A stretch of 64,000 bases of DNA, from NCBI GenBank assembly GCA_041482215.1, contig JBGPDI010000006.1, positions 1,591-65,590 of the forward strand, read 5' to 3'. The translations under genes were made by a program, and so were the position numbers. Of the stretch, positions 28,757 to 39,080 are shown piece after piece. The stretch is from Candidatus Acidiferrum sp. GTDB taxonomy: Bacteria; Acidobacteriota; Terriglobia; Acidiferrales; UBA7541. The notes under the pieces are model-generated. The model worked only from the letters and a program-made list of their open reading frames with translations, did no database searches and was not told the DNA's origin. The stretch's first letter is position 1, and each line of letters begins with the position of its first letter.

Positions 28757-28800
28757 TAGGGGATGCGGCTGCTCTCTCCAGAAAGCTCCACAGGAAAAGT

Positions 28801-29760
28801 ATGAGTCTGCCGGTCGAGAATTGGGCGGAACAAGTGCGCGCGGGGGATGTGCGCGCGGTATCGCGGGCGATCACGGCGATTGAAAACCATCAGGCCCAGG
28901 CGGAGGAGCTGCTACAGCTGCTTTTTCCCCACACGGGGCGGGCATATCTTACCGGTGTCACGGGTGCGCCGGGAACGGGAAAGAGCACCCTGGTGGATCG
29001 GCTGGCGACGTATCACCGAAAGAAAAAAGAAGAGGTGGGAGTGATCGCGGTGGATCCGACGAGTCCGTATTCGGGCGGGGCGATTCTGGGCGATCGGATT
29101 CGAATGCAGGGTCACGCAGGGGATGCGGGGACGTTCATACGGTCGATGGCTACGCGGGGATTTCTTGGCGGGCTGGCGCGAGCGACGGCGGAAGTGGCGC
29201 TGCTGCTGGACGCGGCGGGGAAGAAACATGTACTGATCGAGACGGTCGGTGTGGGGCAAGATGAGATTGACATCGTGCGGCTGGCGGATTGCGTGCTGGT
29301 GGTGATGGTGCCGGGGCTTGGTGACGACATTCAGAACATGAAGGCCGGGCTGATGGAGATTGGAGATATTTTTGTTTTGAACAAAGCGGATCGGGAAGGC
29401 GCGGACCGGCTCGAGCAACAGCTGCTGGGTATGATGTCACTGGTGATGCCGCGAGACGGTTGGCACCCTCCGGTGGTTCGAACGGTAGCTTCGGAAAACA
29501 AGGGAATTGAGGAATTAGCGGAGACGGTAGGGAAATTCCAGAAACATTTTGAATCGAGCGGGGAACGGCGGAAAAAACATGTGGAGCATTGGAAGAACCG
29601 TTTGATTGAGTTGCTGGAATCGCGTTTACTGGAACGGGCTTTGGGCGGTGCGGGCGGCGAAGCGCGTTTGACGGAACTGGCTGGAGAGGTGGCGGATCGG
29701 AAAAAGGATCCATTTTCGGCGGTGAACGAGATTCTGAAGAAGAGCGGGTTGCAAGGCTAG
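28801..29760 (+). CDS. meaB: Methylmalonyl-CoA mutase-associated GTPase MeaB/ArgK
   Basis: 319 aa. P-loop GVTGAPGTGKST, ETVGVGQ and NKAD motifs. Confidence 0.88.
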   Translation: MSLPVENWAEQVRAGDVRAVSRAITAIENHQAQAEELLQLLFPHTGRAYLTGVTGAPGTGKSTLVDRLATYHRKKKEEVGVIAVDPTSPYSGGAILGDRIRMQGHAGDAGTFIRSMATRGFLGGLARATAEVALLLDAAGKKHVLIETVGVGQDEIDIVRLADCVLVVMVPGLGDDIQNMKAGLMEIGDIFVLNKADREGADRLEQQLLGMMSLVMPRDGWHPPVVRTVASENKGIEELAETVGKFQKHFESSGERRKKHVEHWKNRLIELLESRLLERALGGAGGEARLTELAGEVADRKKDPFSAVNEILKKSGLQG

Positions 29761-29774
29761 AGGAGACGAAGAAG

Positions 29775-30680
29775 ATGACGGCGAAGAAAGCCAAGAAGTC
29801 GAAGAGCGACAAACCCGATGTTCGAGCGACGATTGGAATTATCGGAGGCAGCGGGCTTTATTCGATGAATGGCCTGACGAACATGCGTGAGGTTCGCGTG
29901 AAGACGCCATTCGGCGATCCTTCTGATGTATTCGTACTTGGGACTCTAGAGGGGAAGCGTGTGGCATTTCTGGCAAGGCACGCCCGGGGGCACCGCATCC
30001 TGCCGGGGGAGATCAATTATCGTGCGAATATTTATGCGATGAAGTTGCTGGGAGTGGAGCGCATTATTTCCGTGAGCGCGGTCGGTTCGCTGAAGGAAGA
30101 TTTGCGGCCAGGGGAGTTTTTGGTTCCGGACCAGTTTTTTGACCGCACTAAGAATCGTGCGTCTACTTTTTTTGGTGATGGCATCGTTGCTCACGTGGCG
30201 TTCGCTCACCCGACCTGCGGGCAAGTGTCCGGGATACTATCCGACGCGTGCGTGCACGAAGCGATCAAAGTGCATCGGCGGGGAACATATGTTTGCATCG
30301 AGGGGCCGCAATTTTCAACACTGGCGGAGGCGGAAGTACACCGGCAGCTTGGTTTTGAAGTGATCGGCATGACCAACGTGACGGAAGCGCGACTGGCGCG
30401 CGAGGCGGAGATTTGTTATGCGACGATTGCCATGATCACGGACTTTGACTGCTGGCACCCCGAGCACGAGTCGGTCACGGCTTCGCAGATCATCGCGACG
30501 CTAGTGCAGAACGCAGAGAATGCGCAAAAGGTGCTGCGAACAGCTGTCCGTGAGTTGCCTGCGAGTAGGTCGTGCAAATGCGGGGCGGCGTTGCAACATG
30601 CACTGGTTACGGATTTGAAGATTGTTCCCAAAGCGACAAAGAAGCGGCTTGCAGCCATCATCGGAAAGTACATTTCTTAG
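29775..30680 (+). CDS. mtnP: S-methyl-5'-thioadenosine phosphorylase
   Basis: 301 aa. IGIIGGSGLY N-terminus, PGEINYRANIYAMK, MTNVTEARLAREAEICYA. Confidence 0.88.
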   Translation: MTAKKAKKSKSDKPDVRATIGIIGGSGLYSMNGLTNMREVRVKTPFGDPSDVFVLGTLEGKRVAFLARHARGHRILPGEINYRANIYAMKLLGVERIISVSAVGSLKEDLRPGEFLVPDQFFDRTKNRASTFFGDGIVAHVAFAHPTCGQVSGILSDACVHEAIKVHRRGTYVCIEGPQFSTLAEAEVHRQLGFEVIGMTNVTEARLAREAEICYATIAMITDFDCWHPEHESVTASQIIATLVQNAENAQKVLRTAVRELPASRSCKCGAALQHALVTDLKIVPKATKKRLAAIIGKYIS

Positions 30681-30689
30681 GAGAACACA

Positions 30690-31598
30690 TTGTCCTTACT
30701 CGTCGTGGGTTCAGTTGCGTTTGATGCGCTGGAAAGTCCTTACGGAAAGGTGGAGCGGGCGCTGGGTGGCGCGGCTACTTATTTTGCAGTGGCGGCCAGC
30801 TTTTTTACACACGTCAATCTGGTGGGTATCGTGGGAGACGACTTCACGGAAATAGATGCCCGGATCTTTCACGGGCGTACCATCGATATCGAGGGCTTGG
30901 AGCGTGCAACGGGGAAGACGTTTTTTTGGGCTGGAAAGTACTCACAGAATCTGAATGAGCGGGTGACACTGACGACGGAACTGAACGTTTTTTCGGAATT
31001 CAAGCCGCGGTTGCCGGAGAAATACCGTAAATCACCGTACGTTTTTCTCGCGAACATCGCGCCGGAATTGCAGCGGGACGTCCTGCACCAGGTGAAGAAG
31101 CAGCCCAAAATCGCGGCCCTGGATACGATGAACTACTGGATCGAGCGTTCGAACGCAGAGCTGCGGGAGACGCTGAAGCACGTGGATATTTTGATGATCA
31201 ATGATTCGGAGACGCGGGAACTTTCCAGCGAGCACAATCTGTTACGGGCGGCTAAGCACATCTTCAAGATGGGACCGACGACACTGGTCGTAAAGCGCGG
31301 GGAATATGGCGCGATGATGGTAGACAAGCATGGCGTCTTCTGCGTGCCGGCATTTCCGCTAGAAGAACCGCACGACCCGACGGGAGCTGGGGATAGTTTC
31401 GCGGGCGGGTTCATGGGCTACCTGGCGGGACGCGGGGACAAGAGTGATGCCTCCCTGCGGCGTGCCATGGTTTATGGCTCGGTGCTAGGAAGCTTTGCGG
31501 TAGAGAAATTCGGACTTGACCGCCTGCGGCACTTGAAGCGTGCTGAGATACACGCTAGGGCACGGCACTTCGCGAAATTGACGCAATTCAAACTATAA
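30690..31598 (+). CDS. PfkB family carbohydrate/nucleoside kinase
   Basis: 302 aa with a TTG start. GGAATY near the N-terminus and the DPTGAGDSFAGGF PfkB signature. Confidence 0.85.
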   Translation: MSLLVVGSVAFDALESPYGKVERALGGAATYFAVAASFFTHVNLVGIVGDDFTEIDARIFHGRTIDIEGLERATGKTFFWAGKYSQNLNERVTLTTELNVFSEFKPRLPEKYRKSPYVFLANIAPELQRDVLHQVKKQPKIAALDTMNYWIERSNAELRETLKHVDILMINDSETRELSSEHNLLRAAKHIFKMGPTTLVVKRGEYGAMMVDKHGVFCVPAFPLEEPHDPTGAGDSFAGGFMGYLAGRGDKSDASLRRAMVYGSVLGSFAVEKFGLDRLRHLKRAEIHARARHFAKLTQFKL

Positions 31599-31625
31599 AT
31601 AGTTAAAATTTCGTTCGGGCGAGCG

Positions 31626-32303
31626 ATGGGCGCCGGGACGATGCTCTCACTTCAGGAAATACTAATACGATTATCGGTAGCGGCAGCGCTGGGCGCGATC
31701 ATTGGAATTGAACGCGTTGTGCGTAAGCGTCCTGCGGGAGTGCGCACCAGCCTATTTGTGTGTATGGCTACGGCGTTGTTCACCATTTTGTCGGGAGAAA
31801 TCGCTTACCGCCTTGGAGATTCGAGCGGCACTCGAATCGCATCCAACATAGTGCAGGGCATCGGGTTTCTTGGAGCGGGGGCAATTCTTCGCGGAACAAA
31901 TGGCGTTCTGGGAATGACCACCGCGGCGACAATATTTGTGGAGGCTGCTATCGGCATGGCCGCTGGAGGTGGACTTTACGCCGTTGCGGCCTTTTCAACG
32001 GGCATAGTGCTGTTCGGTCTGACTGTGATTGGCTGGGCGGAGCGGTATTTCAATTTGAAATGCAGGCTGATGGTGTTTCGCTTCACCACGAGTCATGCGG
32101 ATAGCGTTGCCACGGAAATACAGCGCCTTATGGTGGGTCTAAGGATCCCGATGGAGCATTTCCGCGTTTCGATGGCGGGGACGACGTCCATTGCGGAATT
32201 CCAGGCGGATGTGACCCACAAGCAACAAGAGGAGATTGTGGCGCAGTTGAATCGCCAGGGTGTAATTACCGAGGTGGCTCCCGTCGAGGGCCATCAAGAA
32301 TGA
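31626..32303 (+). CDS. mgtC: MgtC/SapB family membrane protein
   Basis: 225 aa. LGAIIGIER..RKRPAGVRTSLFVCMATALF is the MgtC core, followed by a soluble C-terminal domain. Confidence 0.8.
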   Translation: MGAGTMLSLQEILIRLSVAAALGAIIGIERVVRKRPAGVRTSLFVCMATALFTILSGEIAYRLGDSSGTRIASNIVQGIGFLGAGAILRGTNGVLGMTTAATIFVEAAIGMAAGGGLYAVAAFSTGIVLFGLTVIGWAERYFNLKCRLMVFRFTTSHADSVATEIQRLMVGLRIPMEHFRVSMAGTTSIAEFQADVTHKQQEEIVAQLNRQGVITEVAPVEGHQE

Positions 32304-33247
32304 ACGGAAGCAACGGAACTCCACGAAAACCGAAGGCGCTGGCAGCCGGTTCGCGACTCGGAGTGTTTGCGCCGGCATCTCCCGCGGATTCGGTGGCCAT
32401 GATTGCAGGACTCGCGGAGCTGAAGAGACACGGCTTTAAGGTGGTTGCGAACCAAGATAGTAAAGCAGATGGATATTTTGCGGGCACGGACTTGGAGCGG
32501 GTCACTGGATTCCTTGGGGCGGTGAACTCGGATCAAGTTGATGGACTGGTTGCTCTGCGCGGGGGCTACGGATCAAATTACCTTCTGAAATTCGATATTG
32601 AGAAGAGCCTCGAAAATATTAAAACGGTGATTGGCTTCAGCGACGTCACGACTTTGCAGATTTTTCTGTGGCAACGAGGCAAATGGATCACTTTTTATGG
32701 GCCGATGGTTGCGGCGGGGCTCAACGCGGGAGCGAATAAGCGGGCTGGGTACGACGAAAGTTCTTTTCTTCAGGCGGTGGGCAGAACGGAAAGCGGCTGG
32801 AAGCTGCGGCTGCAGGGACAACCGGTGCTGGCGGGACTATCGATAGGGACGGTCCTGGGCGGTTGTATGACTTTGCTGGAGGCCACCATCGGAACCCCTT
32901 GGGAGCTGGACACTAAAGATTCCATCCTTGTTCTGGAAGACCGCGCCATGAAGCCATATCAAGTGGACCGCGTCCTGATGCATTTGAAGCAAGCCGGAAA
33001 ATTCGAGGGTGTCCGCGGGATTGTTCTGGGAGACTTTCCGGAGTGTGAACCGACCGTGCCGGGAGCGCCGAGCGTGAAAGAAGTTTGTGCGCGAATTTTG
33101 CGACCACTGGGCGTGCCGATTGTGTTTGGCGCACCGATTGGGCATACCTCGAGGCCGATGCTCACGATACCGCTGGGGATAAAGGCGCGATTGGACGCTG
33201 ACGGGGAAGGCATGCTCGAGTTTTTGGAGCCGGCGGTGGTGGCTTGA
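32300..33247 (+). CDS. ldcA: LD-carboxypeptidase (S66, muramoyltetrapeptide carboxypeptidase)
   Basis: 315 aa. GFSDVTTLQ nucleophile motif and GHT near the C-terminus. ATGA overlap with mgtC. Confidence 0.85.
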   Translation: MNGSNGTPRKPKALAAGSRLGVFAPASPADSVAMIAGLAELKRHGFKVVANQDSKADGYFAGTDLERVTGFLGAVNSDQVDGLVALRGGYGSNYLLKFDIEKSLENIKTVIGFSDVTTLQIFLWQRGKWITFYGPMVAAGLNAGANKRAGYDESSFLQAVGRTESGWKLRLQGQPVLAGLSIGTVLGGCMTLLEATIGTPWELDTKDSILVLEDRAMKPYQVDRVLMHLKQAGKFEGVRGIVLGDFPECEPTVPGAPSVKEVCARILRPLGVPIVFGAPIGHTSRPMLTIPLGIKARLDADGEGMLEFLEPAVVA

Positions 33248-34692
33248 GCCAATCGAAACATGTGCATGTGATCGGCATTGCCGGGTCGGCAATGTCACCT
33301 CTGGCGGGTATGCTGCGTGAACATGGATTTCGCGTGACGGGGTCGGATTCGGGAGTGTACCCACCTGCTTCTACTTTCCTGGAAAAACTCGGGATTTCTT
33401 ATTTTAACGACTTTGATTCGAAGCATTTGCAGCCAACGCCGGACTTGGTTGTTATAGGCAACGTGATCGCGCGGGGGAATCCGGAACTGGAAGAGGTCCT
33501 GGATCGCAGGATTCCCTATCGCTCGATGCCGGAGATTCTGGAGGAAGTATTTCTGCCGGGACGACATTCGATCGTGGTGAGCGGAACGCATGGAAAAACG
33601 ACTACGACGGCGATGCTCGCGTGGATCTTCGAGACAGCGGGCAAGCGCCCGAACTTTTTGGTGGGAGGCGTGGCGGAGAATTTTGGAAAGAGTTACGGGC
33701 TTGGCGGAGGGGAAGAGTTTATTCTGGAAGGCGACGAGTATGAGACGGCGTTCTGGGACCGCGGGCCGAAATTCTTTCACTACCATCCCGATGATCTGAT
33801 TGTTACCTCGCTCGAATACGACCATGCGGACATTTATGCCGATTTTGAGACTTATCAGCTGGCTTTCCGGCGGCTGGTTAATCTCGTTCCTCGGCGGGGC
33901 CGGGTGGTGATTTGGGGGGATGAGGCGGATTCGGGCCCGGCGCTGAGGAAAGCTGCCGATAAGGCTTTCTGTCCGGTGGAAACGTACGGCTTTAGAGAGG
34001 GAAATGATTGGATCACTAGCGAGTTTGGCATTGATGGAGAAATGATGCGGTTCCGGGTGGCGCACAAGGGAAAGTTATTTGGACAGTTCTCCATGGCGGC
34101 GACTGGGCGGCACAACGCGTTGAATGCGATGGCGGCGATGATCGTGGCGCAAGGGCACGGTATCGCTGCGGAGAAAATCGCCGAGGCGCTTGCAACGTTT
34201 CGCAGCGTAAAGCGTCGAATGGATGTGAAAGGGGAAATCGGCGGGGTGCTGGTGGTGGACGACTTTGCGCATCATCCAACGGCCGTAAAAGCGACTATTG
34301 AAGCCGCGCGTGGCCGCTGGCCTGGACGGCGGCTGTGGGCTGTTCTCGAGCCGCGATCCAATTCGATGCGGCGAAAGGTATTTCAGGATGCGCTGCCTCA
34401 GGCGTTGGCATTGGGCGACCGGGTCATCCTCGGCGGCGTTTTTCGGGCGCAGCAATTGGGCGGAGAAAATCGGCTCGACCCGGAAACGGTCGCGGAGAGT
34501 GTCCGTACGCTTGGCAGGGACGCGCTGGTATTGCCTGGTTCGGACGCGATCGCGGAGCATCTTGGGGCTGAAGCAAGAGCCAACGACCTTGTTCTCATTA
34601 TGTCTAACGGCAGCTTTGATGGTCTGTGCGAAAAGCTTCTCAAGAGGCTTGGGGCGGCTGCTCAATTGACGGGTGGGGCGACTACTCGGTGA
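33244..34692 (+). CDS. mpl: UDP-N-acetylmuramate:L-alanyl-gamma-D-glutamyl-meso-diaminopimelate ligase
   Basis: 482 aa. HVIGIAGSAMSPLAGML..GSDSGVYPPAS, GTHGKTTTT P-loop, Mur ligase C-terminal domain. TTGA overlap with ldcA. Confidence 0.88.
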   Translation: MSQSKHVHVIGIAGSAMSPLAGMLREHGFRVTGSDSGVYPPASTFLEKLGISYFNDFDSKHLQPTPDLVVIGNVIARGNPELEEVLDRRIPYRSMPEILEEVFLPGRHSIVVSGTHGKTTTTAMLAWIFETAGKRPNFLVGGVAENFGKSYGLGGGEEFILEGDEYETAFWDRGPKFFHYHPDDLIVTSLEYDHADIYADFETYQLAFRRLVNLVPRRGRVVIWGDEADSGPALRKAADKAFCPVETYGFREGNDWITSEFGIDGEMMRFRVAHKGKLFGQFSMAATGRHNALNAMAAMIVAQGHGIAAEKIAEALATFRSVKRRMDVKGEIGGVLVVDDFAHHPTAVKATIEAARGRWPGRRLWAVLEPRSNSMRRKVFQDALPQALALGDRVILGGVFRAQQLGGENRLDPETVAESVRTLGRDALVLPGSDAIAEHLGAEARANDLVLIMSNGSFDGLCEKLLKRLGAAAQLTGGATTR

Positions 34693-36494
34693 CCCTCACT
34701 TCTGTGCGAGCTAAGTTCTTGGTTCCTGCCAGCATTTGCCTTTTGTGCCTCCTGGTTTTTAGCTCTGGCAGTAGAGCTACGATTCGATACGAACTATCGC
34801 TCGATCATCCTGAGCGACACCTCTTCCATGTAACGATGACGATCCCCGATGTGAAAGACGAAGTGACGGTGCAGATGGCGGCGTGGAATGCGCTCTATCA
34901 AATACGGGACTTCAGCAGCCATGTGCAACAGGTTGAGGCGACGGCAGGAATTCAGAAAGCAATCGTCGAAAACATGGATAAGCAAACCTGGCGGGTCAAG
35001 GGTTCCGGAGCCATCAAAATTACGTACGCAACATATTGGGATGAGGTTGGACCGTTTGCGACACAGCTTAATGCAGAACACGCGTTTATCAATCCCGCGA
35101 TGATACTTCTCTATGTTCCGGAACGGCGTGGTGAGGACGTGAAGGTCAGCATTTTAAATCCGCCTGACAGCTGGAAGACAGAAAGCGCATCTGCACATGA
35201 ACTCGGGGCTACGGGGGGAGCGCGGGCATTCGTTTTTGAGGCCCCGAATTACGATGCGTTTGCGGATGGACCCATCGAGGTGGGCAAATTTGAGGAATTT
35301 GAATTGCCGGGATTTAAACCTGAGATTCGAGTCGTGGTTCACGGAGAGAATTGGCGGAAGAAAAAAGTCGAGGATGAGCTAAAGCGCATCTGCCAGTATG
35401 AGCTGAAGCTTATGGATGGTGCGCCGTACGAACGCTACACGTTTATTCTGCACATTGGCAAGGGAGTGGGTGGCGGGGGAATGGAGCACGAGAACTCGAC
35501 GGCGATCGCCGTGTATTCCGATGAATATCTGTCGGGAGTGGCGGCGCATGAGTTTTTTCATTTGTGGAATGTGAAGCGCATCCGGCCGGCAACTCTCTAT
35601 CCCGTGGATTACACGAAGGAGCAGTTCACGCGTGCGCTGTGGTTTGCGGAGGGCGTAACAAACACCTACAGCTCCTTCACACTGGTCCGTAGTGGGATTT
35701 GGAGTAAGGAGCAGTTCTACGCGGACCTGGGCGAACAGATCACTGAATTGGAAGCGCGCCCGGCCAACCGGTGGCAGAGCGCGGAGCAATCGAGCCTGGA
35801 CGCGTGGCTGGAAAAATATGCGCTCTATAATCAGGCGGAATACAGTGTTTCGTATTACACCAAGGGGCAGGTGCTGGGGGATTTGCTGGACATCTTGATT
35901 CGGGACAGGACCGGGAACGAGAAGAGCCTGGATGATGTTTTGCGGTCGATGAATATTAACTTTGCGAAACAGGGGAAATCGTATCGGGATAGTCTGGATG
36001 TTCAACGGACGGCGGAGAGCGTGGCGGGCGGGTCGTTCGAAGAGTTTTTTCAGAAATATGTGGCCGCTGCGGAACCGTTTCCTTACCAGCAGATATTGGG
36101 TCTGGCTGGATTGGACCTGCGAACGATGGAGCACCGGCGAGCGACGCTGGGATTTTCTACGGATCGCGATTCGAGCGGTGGGTATGTTGTGAGAACTGTG
36201 GATTCCGAAGGGCCTGCGGTTCAAGCGGGATTGCGGGCTGAGGATGTCATTCTCAGCTGGAACGGCGGGGACGTGCCGCGGCGGCCGGAACGCTGGGTGC
36301 AGGAGCAGAAGCCGGGCGATGCGCTGAAATTGCGAGTTCGCCGAGAAGAGAAGGAGTTTTCGGTAGAATTCCGGCTGGGGGAGATTAAGGAGATTCTTTA
36401 CCAGGTTATGGAAGACTCGCACGCAAGCGCAAAGGCGCGACGGATTCGAGAGGGGATTCTACGCGGGGAGACGAGCGCCGGCCCCGTTCATTGA
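34689..36494 (+). CDS. M61 glycyl aminopeptidase family protein with a C-terminal PDZ domain
   Basis: ORF 34626..36494. GTG at 34689 overlaps the mpl stop (GTGA) and yields a signal-like N-terminus. HEFFHLWNVKRIRP zinc motif. PDZ-like GLRAEDVILSWNG. Confidence 0.85.
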   Translation: MTLTSVRAKFLVPASICLLCLLVFSSGSRATIRYELSLDHPERHLFHVTMTIPDVKDEVTVQMAAWNALYQIRDFSSHVQQVEATAGIQKAIVENMDKQTWRVKGSGAIKITYATYWDEVGPFATQLNAEHAFINPAMILLYVPERRGEDVKVSILNPPDSWKTESASAHELGATGGARAFVFEAPNYDAFADGPIEVGKFEEFELPGFKPEIRVVVHGENWRKKKVEDELKRICQYELKLMDGAPYERYTFILHIGKGVGGGGMEHENSTAIAVYSDEYLSGVAAHEFFHLWNVKRIRPATLYPVDYTKEQFTRALWFAEGVTNTYSSFTLVRSGIWSKEQFYADLGEQITELEARPANRWQSAEQSSLDAWLEKYALYNQAEYSVSYYTKGQVLGDLLDILIRDRTGNEKSLDDVLRSMNINFAKQGKSYRDSLDVQRTAESVAGGSFEEFFQKYVAAAEPFPYQQILGLAGLDLRTMEHRRATLGFSTDRDSSGGYVVRTVDSEGPAVQAGLRAEDVILSWNGGDVPRRPERWVQEQKPGDALKLRVRREEKEFSVEFRLGEIKEILYQVMEDSHASAKARRIREGILRGETSAGPVH

Positions 36495-36559
36495 AGAAGA
36501 GACTGCGCCCGCGTTGCGCTTGACCGACGGCGGGGGATTCGAGAGAGTTTGACCTGCCC

Positions 36560-37315
36560 ATGCTCCGGACTCTATTTATCTGCGTATTTTTCTCCATATA
36601 CATCCTGATCGTTGGACCACCGCTGCTTATCTATACTTGGATCACTCGAAGTCCTGATCCGATATATTGGGCGGGCATAAAAGGCTTGATGTTTTTCGTC
36701 GCGGCGGTGGGAGTGAAAGTTCGCGTGAAGGGAATTGAGCGAATTCCCGCGGGCGTGTGCCTTTTTGCGGCAAATCACACAAGTTCGGCGGATGCGCCCG
36801 CAGTTGTTGGTGCGATTCCACGCAGGATCGCTATTATTTTGAAGGAATCACTTTTCAAGTGGCCGATCGTGGGGCAAGCGTTTTTATCGGCACATTTCAT
36901 CCCTGTCGACCGCAGCGCTCACGACTCCGCGATGACTAGCGTGGAGAAGGCTACTGAAGCGCTTCGGGCAGGACAATCGTTTTTGATTTATCCGGAAGGC
37001 ACGCGGAGCCCCGATGGACGGCTGCAACGTTTTAAAAAGGGGGCAGTAATGATGGCCATTAATGCGGGCGTGCCAATTGTCCCGGTGATTTGCTCCGGCG
37101 CTCACCATGTGATGGAAAAACGGTCGCTGGTCATTCACCCGGGCGAAATCGTAGTGGAGTTTCTGGAGCCGATTGATAGTTCAAAATATTCGTTGGAAGA
37201 GCGGGATTTGCTAAACGAGAAGATACGCGAGGCGATGGCGGCGGGCTTGCCACCGGACCAGCGACCGGTTGGGTTTCCGGGATCGACGGCCGAAACCGAA
37301 ACTGGTGCAAACTGA
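36560..37315 (+). CDS. plsC: 1-acyl-sn-glycerol-3-phosphate acyltransferase
   Basis: 251 aa. NHTSSADA (HX4D) and YPEGTRS motifs. Confidence 0.88.
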   Translation: MLRTLFICVFFSIYILIVGPPLLIYTWITRSPDPIYWAGIKGLMFFVAAVGVKVRVKGIERIPAGVCLFAANHTSSADAPAVVGAIPRRIAIILKESLFKWPIVGQAFLSAHFIPVDRSAHDSAMTSVEKATEALRAGQSFLIYPEGTRSPDGRLQRFKKGAVMMAINAGVPIVPVICSGAHHVMEKRSLVIHPGEIVVEFLEPIDSSKYSLEERDLLNEKIREAMAAGLPPDQRPVGFPGSTAETETGAN

Positions 37316-37343
37316 CTTGCGTGCTGAAATTTTAAAAGTGCGG

Positions 37344-38381
37344 TCAGCTCGCCTTTAGGTTTTCGATGTCTGCTTCGAGTTCGCGAAGACGCCTTTGCAA
37401 TTCGGGCATGCGATTCAGAGCTGCGGCATTCTTGAGCCACTGCTTGTGCTCGACGCAGGGCGAACCTGAGTAGTGTTTGTCCCCGGCCAGGTCATGGGGT
37501 ATGCCACTCTGTGCCGTTAGCAACGTACGATCGCCTATGGTGATGTGCCCGCCTGAGCCAACCTGACCGGCAAGAATGCAATCGTTGCCAACTTTTGTTG
37601 AGCCCGCTAGCCCGACTTGGCCGCAGAGGAGAGTGTTGGCGCCAACGCGCGAGCCGTGGCCGATGAGCACGAGGTCGTCTATCTTAGCGCCTTGACCGAT
37701 GCGCGTTTCACCGATGGTGGCCCGGTCAACGCAGGAGTTGGCCTGGATTTCGACGTCGTCTTCGAGCACGGTGGGGCCGGCTTGGACCATTTTGTGCCAT
37801 GAGCCGTTCTTCTGTTTGGCAAAACCGAAGCCGTCGCCTCCAATCACGACGCCATTCTGCAGTATGACCCGGTTGCCAAGGCGGCAAAACTCACGCACGA
37901 CGGCGTGGGCATGAGCGAAGAAGTCATCGCCAATCTTTACGCCGCGATAGATGGTTACGAAACTGTGGAGCACGGCATTGCGGCCAATCTCGACTTCTTC
38001 ATCCACGTAGCAATAGGGACCGATGTGCGCTCCATCGCCGATTTTCGCGGATTTTGCAATGATGGCGGTTGGATGAATGCCGGGTGCGTAGCGAGGCGCC
38101 TGGTAGAAGAGTTCGATGGCGTGAGCAAAAGCTAGATAAGGGTTACCGGACCGAAGCGCTGAGAGCGCGGGTATGGAAGGATCTCGGTCGATAGGAATCC
38201 CGTCTTCGACGAGGACGGCAGAGGCGCGCGTCGTTTTTAGCAGGGGGAAGTAGCGGCGATTGGCGAGAAACGTAATTTGACCAGTTTCTGCGTGCTCGAT
38301 TCCGGCGACGCCGCGAATCTCGAGTTCCGGGGAGCCTTCCAATCGGCATCCTAGCTTCTGGGCGACTTCAGACAGTTTCAT
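37344..38381 (-). CDS. lpxD: UDP-3-O-(3-hydroxyacyl)glucosamine N-acyltransferase
   Basis: 345 aa. LpxD N-terminal domain MKLSEVAQKLGC, then left-handed beta-helix hexapeptide repeats. Confidence 0.92.
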   Translation of the reverse strand: MKLSEVAQKLGCRLEGSPELEIRGVAGIEHAETGQITFLANRRYFPLLKTTRASAVLVEDGIPIDRDPSIPALSALRSGNPYLAFAHAIELFYQAPRYAPGIHPTAIIAKSAKIGDGAHIGPYCYVDEEVEIGRNAVLHSFVTIYRGVKIGDDFFAHAHAVVREFCRLGNRVILQNGVVIGGDGFGFAKQKNGSWHKMVQAGPTVLEDDVEIQANSCVDRATIGETRIGQGAKIDDLVLIGHGSRVGANTLLCGQVGLAGSTKVGNDCILAGQVGSGGHITIGDRTLLTAQSGIPHDLAGDKHYSGSPCVEHKQWLKNAAALNRMPELQRRLRELEADIENLKAS

Positions 38382-38460
38382 GGAGAGACTCCTCGATTCT
38401 TGTTAGGGCTGACTGCGAGTCTCGCACAGGGCAAAGAGGGAAGTACAGCGAGCAGGAGAG

Positions 38461-39003
38461 TTAGTCGTTGAAGAGTCGGGGCTGGGAAACGCCGGCAGCA
38501 GCCGCGGCGGGTTTGCGGCGGGCGATGCCAACGACTCCGAGGACGGTTACTTCGGAGAGCGCGGCACGCGGAACGAAAACGCGGTCTGTGGAGGAGTTCA
38601 AATCGGGCGTGGTGATTTGCAGACCGTTGTCGAGGAGCGAGAGCAGATCGTTGGGAACGACTCCTTCGAGGGTCTCGCCATCAATGAAGCGCAACTTTAC
38701 CCACAGGCCGTCGAGCTTTGGGCGGCTCAGAAAGGCTTTGCGCTCGGGTTCAAAGTCGTCGGAGAACTCACGGACGAAATAGATGGAGCGCACTCGGGCT
38801 AGGGGAACTTCTAAGTGTTCGCCTTCGGGAGTGAGCAGATCGATGGGATCGGCCTGCCCCAGATGAGCCGGGTTCAAATAGCCGCGCACCGGCTTCTTGT
38901 CGCCGAGGACAACGATGACCTTCTTGTGCGTGGAGGCTGGGGCTCTCGTTTTCAAGATTGCGCGTTTTTCCGGTCTGGATAGCTCGAATTTGCCAATTGG
39001 CAA
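38461..39003 (-). CDS. Conserved-looking hypothetical protein of unknown family
   Basis: 180 aa. Clean ORF between lpxD and murJ with protein-like composition and no motif I can name. Confidence 0.5.
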   Translation of the reverse strand: MPIGKFELSRPEKRAILKTRAPASTHKKVIVVLGDKKPVRGYLNPAHLGQADPIDLLTPEGEHLEVPLARVRSIYFVREFSDDFEPERKAFLSRPKLDGLWVKLRFIDGETLEGVVPNDLLSLLDNGLQITTPDLNSSTDRVFVPRAALSEVTVLGVVGIARRKPAAAAAGVSQPRLFND

Positions 39004-39080
39004 AATGTATGTTATGTTAAGCGCGTTTTTCCTGTCAAGTCATTGTTTTCATTAGGGTTAGGGCCCCGGAGTACCGCCCT

